NCBI RefSeq assembly: GCF_021869535.1
Contig: NW_026262734.1
Location: 96,038,001 to 96,102,000 of the forward strand
DNA: 64,000 bases
Direction of reading: 5' to 3'
DNA from: Mytilus californianus
Taxonomy: Eukaryota
Shown: positions 35,170-45,823 of the stretch, one piece after another
How the letters are laid out: every line of letters starts with the position of its first letter
Position numbering within the stretch: the first letter of the stretch is position 1
Position numbers and translations under genes: made by a program
Notes under the pieces: model-generated
Told to the model about the DNA's origin: nothing
The model's input: the letters and a program-made list of their open reading frames with translations, nothing else
Databases searched by the model: none

Positions 35170-36337
35170 TTATTAAAATCAATCGGGTCCAGGACCAATC
35201 TAGTATATCTTATTATAATCCTTCGTAATTAATTCCATTTTTTATATGCATACATTTAGATTAATTTAGAGCTGGTATACTCAGTGTATGATAAATATTT
35301 CTTGTTGTGAAATACATTTTGCAGCATTTATTTCCATATTTTTGAAGAAATTCACACTTGTATCCTTGTAGTATAATTATTGTCTGCGTGTTTCTAGAAT
35401 ACAAGTCCAGATCTGGTCTGTGTTTCTAATACTAAAAGAGGTGTTTCGGTTATGGTCATGTAGACCTAGGCCTATCCTCATCAGGTATCCCTAGCCTATA
35501 TGTTTCCTTTCTTGTAATATTTAGAAGTGTTCGAATTTGATTTCACTTATGGGGATACGACCTCTGTGTATACGTTCGTTTCTTATTTTTCTTCTTTCTG
35601 TTTTTGGGTATTTTTTTCTTTTGTTTTAATCTCTTCTATTAGTTTATTGTGCCTGATATTTTTTATCTTTTCGTTGATTTTATCTGTTTATATCATTTTT
35701 CATCTTTAAATTCGTTAAATACTCTTTTAGATTTGTATGTCTTTTGTATGCAAAACGTTTGCTCATTGCTAATAAATTTAATACTCTATTTGAGAGATTA
35801 AATATCTTATTTTGTTATTCTATTTGAGAACAACTTAATTTGAGAGATTATTTTATTTTTGGTATTCTATTTGAGAATAATTTAGATTAACAGTCTCTAT
35901 TTGAGAGATTGCTATATGTTGTTATTCTATTTGAGAATAACTTGACAATGTATTATCAGTCTCTATTTGACAGATGATTATTATTGTTGAAAAAAAAACA
36001 AAAAAAACCCAGTTTTTTCCTCCTATGTTATAGCGTTAAAATAGATCCTGCAATGTGTGATAGATAAATATGTGTATTTTATCAGTCAAATATTTCTATC
36101 TAATTGCTTCCACCTGATTACAATATCTCGTATGCTCATTGGTTAATTCTATATACGTCATAGATACATGCACGTGTATTTTTTACCTCACCTAACCTAA
36201 ATCCTGAATTGTTTACTATATCTTAAAATAGTTCAGGAGTGCCGTAACAGATACACATACTAATGTATTATATTCTTCTGGATCGATATTACTATTGAAA
36301 ATAAATGGAAAATCCTTTACATACATTGTACATACAT
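35170..36337 (-). mobile_element. Element H, copy 1 (~1.17 kb, non-coding, hammerhead-bearing)
   Basis: Reverse complement of 40621-41796 over its whole length, with scattered substitutions and indels. Confidence 0.9.
35437..35565 (-). ncRNA. Type III hammerhead ribozyme, stem III weakened by a 2-nt deletion
   Basis: Minus strand: GUC, stem I gtatccc/gggatac, CUGAUGA (35484-35478), GAAA (35447-35444), cacctct. The 5' strand of stem III reads agaggtc instead of (ag)aggtgtc. Confidence 0.65.
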
Positions 36338-36356
36338 TTTTTCTGTTTTGGGGTAT

Positions 36357-37937
36357 TTTTATGCCCCCGCCGTAGCGGAGGGGGCATTAAGTTTTACCCT
36401 TGTCCGTCTGTACGTACGTACGTACGTCCGTACGTCCCAAAATTGGTTTTTGTTCTCTAACATGAGTTTGCCTCAACCAAATGTTATGACACTTATACAC
36501 GATGCTAACTACCTTAAAACACAGATTAAGTTTGAATTTTGGTGGCGTCACTTCAACCGTTCTAGTCTAGAGTTATGCCCCTTTATAAATTGAAAAATTG
36601 CAAAAAATTTTGTTTCCGTTCTCTTTCTTAAGTTTGCTTCAACCAAGTGTTATGAAACTTATACACAATGCTTATTACCACAAAACACAGATCAAGTGTG
36701 AATTTTAGTGTCGTCACTTTAACCGTTCTTGAGTTATGCCACTTTATAAATGGAAAAATTGTAAAATTTTTAGTTTCCGTTCTCTTACTTAAGTTGCCTC
36801 AACCAAATGTTATGAAACTTATACACAATGCTTATTACCACAAAACACAGATCAAGTTTGAATTTTGGTGTCGTCATTTTAACCGTTCTAGAGTTATGCC
36901 CCTTTATAAATTGAAAAATTGCAAAATTTTTAGTTTCCGTTCTCTAACTTGAATTTGCCTCAACCAAATGTTATGAAACTTATACACAATGCTTATTATC
37001 ACAAAATACAGATCAAGTTCGAATTTTGGTAGCTTCACTCGAACCGTTCTAGAGTTATGCCCCTTCATAAATGGAAAAATTTTAAAATTTTTAGTTTCCG
37101 TTCTCTAACTTAAGTTTGCCTCAACCAAAGTTTATGAAACATATACACAATGCTTATTACCACAAAATAAAGATCAAGTTTGAATATTGGTGGGGGTCAC
37201 TTTTACTGTTCTAGAGTTATGCCACTTTATAAATGGAAAAATTGCAAAATTTTTATTTTCTACTAAATATCAATTTATTTTTAAAATTGGATTTATCTTC
37301 CTTTGTCCATGATTATAATTGAATCAACTACAATTAATGCTTTATACAATGCAATGTTTAATTTTGACTTCCACTGATAAAACACAGATCAAGTTGAATT
37401 TGGGTAGTGTCACTTTAACCATTATTGAGTTATGACCCTTTATAAATCGAAAGATTGCAAAATTTGTAGTTTCCATTCTGTTACTAAAGTTTGTTCCAAC
37501 CAAACATTATGAAACCTATACACAATATTCATTACCACAAAACTAAGATCAAGTACAAATTTTTTGTTTCGGTTTTCGAACTTTAGTTTGCCTCAACCAA
37601 ATGTTATGAAACTTATACACAATGCTTATTACTACATAATACAGATTAAGTACAAAATTTGGTGAGAACACTTTTACCATTCTTGAGTTATGTCCCTTTA
37701 TAAACATAAAAATTGCTGAATTTTTAGTTTCCGTTCTCTAACTTTAGTTTGTCTCAACCAAATGTTATAAAACTTATACACAACCGTTCTAAAGTTATGC
37801 GTGTTTACAAATAGAAAAATTGCTGAATTTTTAGTTTCTACTTAAGTTAGCCTCAACCAAATGTTATGAGACTTACACACAATGCTTATTACCACAAAAC
37901 TCAGATCAAGTTCAAATTTGGGTAGCGTCACTTTTAT
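36357..37937 (+). mobile_element. HINE element with expanded ~161-bp array (3' end missing)
   Basis: 5' atgcccccgccgtagcggagggggca stem-loop, (GTAC/GTCC)n, units anchored at 36471, 36637, 36797, 36958 and 37119. Confidence 0.9.
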
Positions 37938-37944
37938 ATCTTCT

Positions 37945-37976
<32 letters not shown>

Positions 37977-38554
37977 GAGTCTTTGAACAGTGCTAACAAG
38001 TGGGAAATCTAGTGACAAAATATTACCTCCCCTGAAAATATTGAAAACTAAATCTTCTCAATGTTTGTCCCATTATAGCAAAGACGCTATCAATTATGGA
38101 TTCACGAGAAAATGTTCTGGTAAATAGTAAAAATAGAAATAAGTTGAAATAAAAACAAAACTTACATTCAACGTTATCATTTCCCTCCTTAAGTAGCAAA
38201 CAACGAGTACAGCAGGCTATAGGAGCTTGATGTAAACTTGGTTTAAAATGTTGCTATGCGAATATATTCCTGGAGTACCAACTTCAATATATTTTTCTAC
38301 TGGCTATAAACCTTTCTGTAACATGCTAATTATCCGAATATATATACAGCTAGAGCAGAGAAAGTTTGGGAAAAAATTCCAAAGGAATCGATTGATATAC
38401 AGCAAAGATTGGCACTTTTGAAATTAAGTTACTAAGAAAATTCAAACGGACCTTATCGCGATGTAAACATTTAATGTGAATAGACGGAAAAGACCGCAAA
38501 TACATGTACAAAAATCGAGACGACCTTTTCTTAAAATTGTACAAAAAATAGTAG

Positions 38555-38815
38555 AAAGATGCCTACTTTATAAAAACATTTATCTTTGATTTCTTAACCA
38601 GCGCAGACAGACTTTTAAATTTTTAAATTCACAAAAAGAATATTTCTCTACTGAATGTACATGTGACAAGAGCAGACCGGTGTGCTCGATAACTAAGGTG
38701 TGAAAAAATAAGTATACTTTGGGAACTTGTAACATGCTAAGGACTTTTTGGAACACTCCGAAAATTGGTGACCCGAAAGATCTTTAGATTTTGTATGTTC
38801 ATGATTTTTTCCAAT
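38555..38815 (-). mobile_element. Dispersed repeat fragment (family K)
   Basis: Reverse match to 6478-6740. Confidence 0.7.
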
Positions 38816-38816
38816 T

Positions 38817-39988
38817 TTTATGCCCCCGCCGTAGCGGTTGGGGCATTAAGTTTTACCCTTGTCCGTCCGTACGTACGTACGTCCCAAAATTGGTTTCCGT
38901 TCTCTAACTTGAGTTTGCTTCGACCAAATGATATGAAACTTATAGACAATGCTTATTACCACAAAACACAGAATAAGTTTGAATTTTGGTGGCGTCACTT
39001 AAACCGTTCTAGAGTTATGCCCCTTTATAAATGGAAAAATTGTAAAATTGCTAGTTTCCTTTCTCTAACTTAAGTTTGCCTCAACCAAATATTATGAAAC
39101 TTATACACACTGCTTATAACCACAAAATAAAGATCAAGTTTGAATTTTGGTGGCATCACTTTAACAGTTCTAGAGTTATGCCCTTTATAAATGGAAAAAT
39201 TGCAAAATTTTTATTTTCTTCTAAATATCAAGTAATTTTTAAAATTTGAGTTATCTTCCTTTGTCCATGATTATAGTTCAATCAACTACACTCAATGCTT
39301 TATACAATGCAATGTATAATTTTGACTTCCACTGATAAAACACAGATCAAGTTGAATTTGGGTAGTGTCACTTTAACCATTATTGAGTTATGCCCCTTTA
39401 TAAATCGAAAGATTGCAAAATTTTTAGTTTCCATTCTGTAACTTAAGTTTGCCCAAACCAAACATTATGAAACCTATACAAAATATTCATTACCACAAAA
39501 CTAAGATTAAGTACAAATTTTTGTTTCCGTTTTCTAACTTTAGTTTGCCTCAACCAAATGTTATGAACCTTATACACAATGCTTATTACTACATAGTACA
39601 GATTAAGTACAAAATTTGGTGGCGACACTTTTACCATTCTTGAGTGATGTCCCTTTATAAACATAAAAATTGCTGAATTTTTCGTTTCCGTTCTCTGACT
39701 TTAGTTTGTCGCAACCAAATGTTATAAAACTTATACACAACTGTTCTAGAGTTATGCGTGTTTACAAATAGAAAAATTGTTGAATTTTTAGTTTCTGTTC
39801 TCTACTTAAGTTAGCCTCAACCAAATGTTATGAGACTTACACACAATGCTTATTACTACAAAACTCAGATCAAGTTCAAATTTGGGTAGCGTCACTTTTA
39901 CCGTTCTTCAGTTATGTCCCTTTATAACTATATGATATGCAAGCAGGGGCATCATCTGTGTCCACATGTGGTCACTATCCACATTTAT
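38817..39988 (+). mobile_element. Complete HINE element, same family as 36357-37937
   Basis: 5' atgcccccgc, 3' inverted gcaggggcat at 39943-39952, terminal hairpin, fewer tandem units. Confidence 0.9.
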
Positions 39989-39989
39989 T

Positions 39990-40095
39990 TCTTTTGTTTT
40001 AAACTCTTCTATTAGTTTATTGTGCTTGATATATTCATCTTTTGTTTGATTTTATCTGTTTATATCATTTTTCATCTTTAAATTCGTTAAATACT
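39990..40095 (-). mobile_element. Internal fragment of element H
   Basis: Matches 35617-35725 in the same orientation. Confidence 0.8.
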
Positions 40096-40620
40096 GTCTT
40101 GTTATTAACTAGACAATCTCCATATATGCTTATTATAACCCTTTCTCTAATTACTTAACAAAACCATGGTAAGGGACAAAAAACTGAAATATAGATTTGA
40201 AAAAGCTATATAGAACAACTCTTGACCAGAGGAAGGGACATTGAAACTACATTAAACAAATGAGAAAAGTAAAAGGGAAGATCAATAAATAAATTTACAA
40301 TGAAGTAACAAATAATTATGTCCGAAACAAATGTGCCAGATGAAAAGAAAATAGGAAGTACTAAACAGGATATGACAATTAAAGTCAAATGACAAGAAAT
40401 ACTAATTGCATCAACAGAATGTTATAAATTTCTAAACTTAGACAGATCAAATTTGATTCTCACGGGGATTCGACCACCTGTATATTCGACTGAAAAATAA
40501 TAGGTTTTTCTATCAAATACTAAACAAATGAAAAATACTAATTGACTATAACTATCAAACTATAATTCTATAACTGACCAGTAAATAATACTATTATTTT
40601 AATAGAGATACGAGATACAC

Positions 40621-41796
40621 ATATATATACAATGGATGTAAAGGATTTTCTATTTATTTTCATTGGTATTATCGATCCAGAAGAAGAACATAATACATTA
40701 GTATGTGTATCTGTTACGGCACTCCTGAACTATATTAAGATGTAGTAAACAATTCATGATTTAGGTTAGTTGAGGTCAAGAATGCACGTGCATGTATCTG
40801 TGACGTATATAGAATTAACCAATCAGCAAACGAGATCTTGTAATCACGTGGAAGCAATTAGATAGAAATATTTGACTGATAAAATACACATACTTATCTA
40901 TCACACCTTGCAGGATCTATTTTAACGCTATAACATAGGAAGAAAATCTGTTTTGTCTTTTTTTAAAAACAATAATAATCATCTGTCAAATAGAAATTGA
41001 TAATGCAAGTTATTCACAAATAGAATAACAACTTCTAGTAATCTCTCAAATAGAGACTGCTAATCTAGGTTATTCTCAAATAGAATACCAAAAATAAAGT
41101 AATCTCTCAAACAGAGACTGCTTAACTAAGTTGTTCTCAAATAAAATAACAAAATAAGATATTTAATCTCTCAAATAGAGTATTAAATTTATTAGCAATG
41201 AGCAAACGTTTTGCATACAAAAGACATACAAATCTAAAAGGGTATTTAACGAATTTAAAGATGAAAAATGATATAAACAGATAAAATCAAAGAAAAGATA
41301 AAAAAATATCAGGCACAATAAACTAATAGAAGAGATTAAAACAAAAGAAAAAAATACCCAAAAACAGAAAGAAGAAAAAGAAAGAAACGAATGTATAAAC
41401 AGGTGTCGTATCCCCATAGGTGAAATCAAATTCGAACTATTCTAAATATTACAAGAAAGGAAACATATAGGCTAGGGATACCTGATGAGGATAGGCCTAG
41501 GTCTACATGACCATAACCGAAACACCTCTTTTAGTATTAGAAACACTGACCAGATCGGGATTTCTATTCTAAAAATACGCACACAATACTTATACTACAA
41601 GCATGCAAATGTGAATTTCTTAAAAAATATGAAAATAAATGCTGGAAAATGTATTCCATAACAAAAAATATTTATCATACACTGAGTATACCAGCTCTAA
41701 ATTACTCTAAATGTATGCACATAGAAAATTGAATTAATTTCGAAGGATTGTAATACGAGATACTGGATTGGTCCTGGACCCGATTGATTTTAATAA
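40621..41796 (+). mobile_element. Element H, copy 2 (~1.17 kb, non-coding, hammerhead-bearing)
   Basis: Inverted counterpart of 35170-36337. Confidence 0.9.
41401..41527 (+). ncRNA. Type III hammerhead ribozyme, complete core
   Basis: Stem III aggtg(41401-05)/cacct(41523-27), GUC with cleavage after 41407, stem I gtatccc(41408-14)/gggatac(41475-81), CUGAUGA 41482-88, stem II closed by G41489-C41518, GAAA 41519-22. Confidence 0.85.
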
Positions 41797-43625
41797 TATT
41801 GTTTTATTTTCGATAATATTGTAGTAATCGAACATTTGTTGATCCAAGCAATTCAAAATGACGGGTCCCTCTTTAGTTACAGGATGTCAACTGTGGATTT
41901 GATGGTAACATTTGGCTAATGAAAAAAAATTTTACATAAAAATTGCATTAGAATAAAGTGTATATGATATGCCTTTTTCAATATCACACCCGTATCAATC
42001 CTCAATTAATATAATCTACCGAGCAGAGCGCTTTGGATTATATTGGGGGCATCTAATATTTTCTATTTATATTAAGTAATTTTTCTGGAGGTTATTTTTG
42101 CGTTTTGCAAACACAATGTTTGACACTGCCTTCCAGGATTTTATCTTCCAGAAGCACGACAATTTGTCATGTTTCTGTAATCCATCCAAGTCTATCTTTT
42201 TGACAGGATTTTGAATTAGGCTTGTTATAAAGCTGTCGTCTGACATATGCATGACATATTTGCAACTGTCAATCATTAGTTTAATCGGGAAAAATAAAAA
42301 TTCGAAAGTGACTTTTTTTATCTAACTATTCTAGAAACTAGGTGTGAGAAGACTGTCAGCGTGTTCCTTTTTGATTCGATTATTTTCAGAAATATATATA
42401 TAGTGTCTGTTTAAAACAATGACAATATGTAATCTCATTCTTACTTCATAATGATGTCATACAGACGTGATTCTTTTATGTTTTGAGTTAATTGCATTTA
42501 CAAAATACAAGAATTAATCACACTTAATTCGGTCAAATGAAAAAACATGCCATCATTCAAATGTTTATATTGAATTTAATTTGTCCAATTGCTGTTAGTT
42601 AAGACATTACTGAGATTTTGTTTATTAGTGGTGAAAATTGCAATAGAATATGTTTTACAAAATCAATCTTGATAAAGTTTTAATTGCGGTTTTTGTATGG
42701 AACATTTCCTAAAATCGTCATAAACAACATGAAATTATTGTCTGTTGTTCAACAATCACAATATGAATGTTGGCTGAGATTTATGAATATAAGTATCAGT
42801 GGAAAAACTATTACCAAATTTATTGTGATTTTTTTTATCCATTAGATATTCACGGCAATGGGTACAATTCATTACCACAACAGCTATTCAATTGCCAATT
42901 ACATGAACAACAGGAACATTCAGTACAAATCAAATGCCAGACGATTGACCAATGGGAACCCCCTTGATATTAACTTATGTTCGAACTCCGTAATGTACTC
43001 CTGACCTGTTACTTTCATGGTCAATATATTCAATCAATTACTTTATAATATGGATGAAATTTAGTATAAGTTTTTCAAACTTTATGATATCTATCTACAT
43101 ATAGCCAAGCAGTAAGTTTATTTCAGTAATGAAATATTGCGTCTATCGATTTTGTAAATCTTTAATCAATGCAAAAGAACCAACGAACCATCAAATTCAA
43201 AATCAAGGAAAAGTAACACTAAGAAACAAAAACCTACTGGTGTATCAAAGATTTCATTTTGAATATCTATGTGAGATAATAATTTTAATGTCTTAGTAGG
43301 GAATATTTGTCGCTTATTTATTGAAAACGATCTGATGTGGATAAATATCAATTGTACATTTTGGAAAATCTGGATTGTTTATAAAGTATCTAGCATCTGT
43401 GTATTTTGTTGCATTGTTAAAAAGATCTATAAAGTGAGGTTTTGTTGGGTTGCTCGAACGTTTCGTAGCTTTGATATGAATGCGGATTCATAACAGCATA
43501 AGTAAAAATTTGCAATAATGGGGCAGAATTTGTGAATAGCCAAATCAATCATAGGGTTTGGCGAATGAGTTCGAACCTTATTTTCTTAATAGCTTATTAC
43601 TGTATCAACAGATAATCTAAAACAG

Positions 43626-44133
43626 GTAAGTTATAAATCATATCATTACAAAAGCGCTGATTACTGGGCTGATTACTTCCTACTGCACTAACAAGTGCAC
43701 CAGTAGTGATATCGATCCACTGTATGTGTGGCATGGAGTGTCAATGAAGCTTTGGGAATAGTTTCAGGACAAAAACGTTATTCAGAATAATTTAACAGCA
43801 CCGTTCGTCTGTCTTAGCAATGGTGTACATGATAAAATTGCTGAAAATTGTTTTTCATTAATTTGTAATTTGTGCGTTGCAGTATCGAAATGAATTGGTT
43901 TCTAAACAAAGGCAACAGTAGTATTCCGCTGTTCAAAAGTCATAAATCGATAAAGGTGATATCAATTGCACCCATTAATACATGGTTTCACTTCTATTTC
44001 ACAATTGAACAGAAATAGAGAAATATTCGGATAAACACTCAAGAAGTCAGACTGAAAAAAGAATTGAATTAAAAAACAAAACGATAAAAACTTTATTAAT
44101 ACAGTTTTATATTTACTTCATTTTACATTACAG
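43626..44133 (+). other. Candidate 5' UTR intron of the TRIM-like gene
   Basis: Donor CAG|GTAAGT at 43626. Acceptor ttttacattacAG sits 4 nt before the ATG and is conserved in the pseudogene. Confidence 0.5.
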
Positions 44134-44137
44134 AAGC

Positions 44138-45823
44138 ATGGCCAGTAATGTTAGTATATGTGGTGTCTGTGAACATCGTGATGTTACCAAACCATCAGTA
44201 GTCTGGTGTTCAGAATGTGAGGAAGGACTATGCGAAGATTGTAAGGAGCATCACAGTTTTTCCAAGGCAACGAGAAATCATGAAATTTTTCCCATTGATG
44301 AATATATGAAGCTACCTGTAAAGATTTTGAAAGTAGCGCAGTTTTGCGACAAACATAAAGAGAAATACGATTTTTTCTGTAGAAAACACGACTGTCCATG
44401 CTGTAGGAAATGTGTAGAGGATCACAACGGCTGTAAAGATTTAACTGATATCAGGAATATGATCCACAATGTGAAATCCTCAGCTGCGTTTCAGGAAATC
44501 GAACACGCCTTGTCAGAAACCGCCGAGAACATCAAAAGCATCCGTATAAATCGTGAGCAAAACCTTGCAACACTTGCAGAGAAGACAAAGATTGTTGAAT
44601 TGGAAATTCGGCAATTTCGAAACAAAATTAATGACCATCTTGATAAACTTCAAGATGAGTTATTAAAGGAACTTAAAGCGGAGGAAGAAAACAGAAGTAG
44701 CAAAATTCAACAACTATTGACGTCAATAATGCAGAGAGAAAAGGAGATTCTTGAATACAAAGTTAATATTGCAAATACAAAGCGATATGCCTCGGACCTG
44801 CAATCATTCATTGCGATGAAACAAATCGAAAAAGATATTTTTAAAGAAGAGAGTTTTATCCAATCAATCAGCAAAAGCGAGCAAATGCATCAAATCGATA
44901 TATCGTGTACGATGAACACAGCATTGCAGGAATTAGCCACTACTACGAAGACGTTTGGAGAAGTTGTTGCGAGTACCAGTGCATGTAATGTATCCATCCA
45001 GAAAAGGAGAAATAAACAAGCTCAGATAATTGTACCTCCTTCAACAAATGATTTCGATGATGTAAGTCTCAAGGTAAAACAAACAATACAAACAAAGCTG
45101 TCAAACGTTTGTGGATGTACCTTCCTTCCTGATGGTAAAATGATTTTCTCATGTTGTACTAGCGATCAAATACGGGTTTTAAAGCCGAATGGTTCATATG
45201 ATTTTGATCTGAACAACATTGGGCCTGTTTTGGACGTGGTATATATTGGAGATAATTCTGTAGCTGTTACATCAGGTGGAACTGCAGGTTCAAAGCAGAT
45301 CAATATAATAGATGTTCAAAACAGAAAAGTAAAAAAAACATTGAATGTCAATTCCCCCAATAACGGAGTAACATTCAAAGATGGAAAGTTGATTTATTGT
45401 GCAAGAGAGCAGGGACTAAAGATGATCAGTCTCAGTGATGAATCTATAACCAGTATCACCACTAGTAAAATGTCAAGTGAGGGAAACGTAGCCATCCATG
45501 ACGACAAGCTGTACTACACAAACGAAAAAAATCACAATGTCACCTGTTGTGATTTTCATGGTAACACAATGTGGATATTCAACGAAAGTAGTGCCCTGAG
45601 CTATCCATGTGGTATATCTGTCGACAATGATGGGAATGTATATGTAGCGGGAGTACGGTCTCACAATGTGGTCGTTATTTCTACAGATGGCCAACGCCAT
45701 AGAATACTATTATCGAGGAAAGATGGACTGGTCTGTCCAACAGCTGTGGAGTATGACCGATTGAACAATAAACTTTTGGTTGCCAATAATTATGGTAACG
45801 CTTTCGTGTATGATGTTGTATGA
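44138..45823 (+). CDS. RING-less TRIM-like protein: B-box1, B-box2, coiled coil, NHL-like beta-propeller (561 aa)
   Basis: CGVC...WCSECEEGLCEDCKEHH...H (B-box1), CDKH...FCRKHDCPCCRKC...H..C (B-box2), heptad-rich middle, C-terminal YPCGISVDNDGNVYV / PTAVEYD NHL-type blades. The coding sequence is a single exon. Confidence 0.95.
   Translation: MASNVSICGVCEHRDVTKPSVVWCSECEEGLCEDCKEHHSFSKATRNHEIFPIDEYMKLPVKILKVAQFCDKHKEKYDFFCRKHDCPCCRKCVEDHNGCKDLTDIRNMIHNVKSSAAFQEIEHALSETAENIKSIRINREQNLATLAEKTKIVELEIRQFRNKINDHLDKLQDELLKELKAEEENRSSKIQQLLTSIMQREKEILEYKVNIANTKRYASDLQSFIAMKQIEKDIFKEESFIQSISKSEQMHQIDISCTMNTALQELATTTKTFGEVVASTSACNVSIQKRRNKQAQIIVPPSTNDFDDVSLKVKQTIQTKLSNVCGCTFLPDGKMIFSCCTSDQIRVLKPNGSYDFDLNNIGPVLDVVYIGDNSVAVTSGGTAGSKQINIIDVQNRKVKKTLNVNSPNNGVTFKDGKLIYCAREQGLKMISLSDESITSITTSKMSSEGNVAIHDDKLYYTNEKNHNVTCCDFHGNTMWIFNESSALSYPCGISVDNDGNVYVAGVRSHNVVVISTDGQRHRILLSRKDGLVCPTAVEYDRLNNKLLVANNYGNAFVYDVV

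Noticed and set aside
35155-36340. Element H as a TG...CA LTR or solo LTR
   Set aside because: Copy 1 can be read TGTA...AATAAA...ACA, but no TSD fits any boundary tried and copy 2 lacks the CA end.
36348-39664. Short ORFs within 36348-39664, 6837-7077, 58080-58489 and 41163-41429
   Set aside because: They are translations of HINE arrays or element H with no domain signal.
35159-41812. ttgttt(t)attt flanks as a TSD of the whole inverted block
   Set aside because: Imperfect, offset by several bases and low-complexity.
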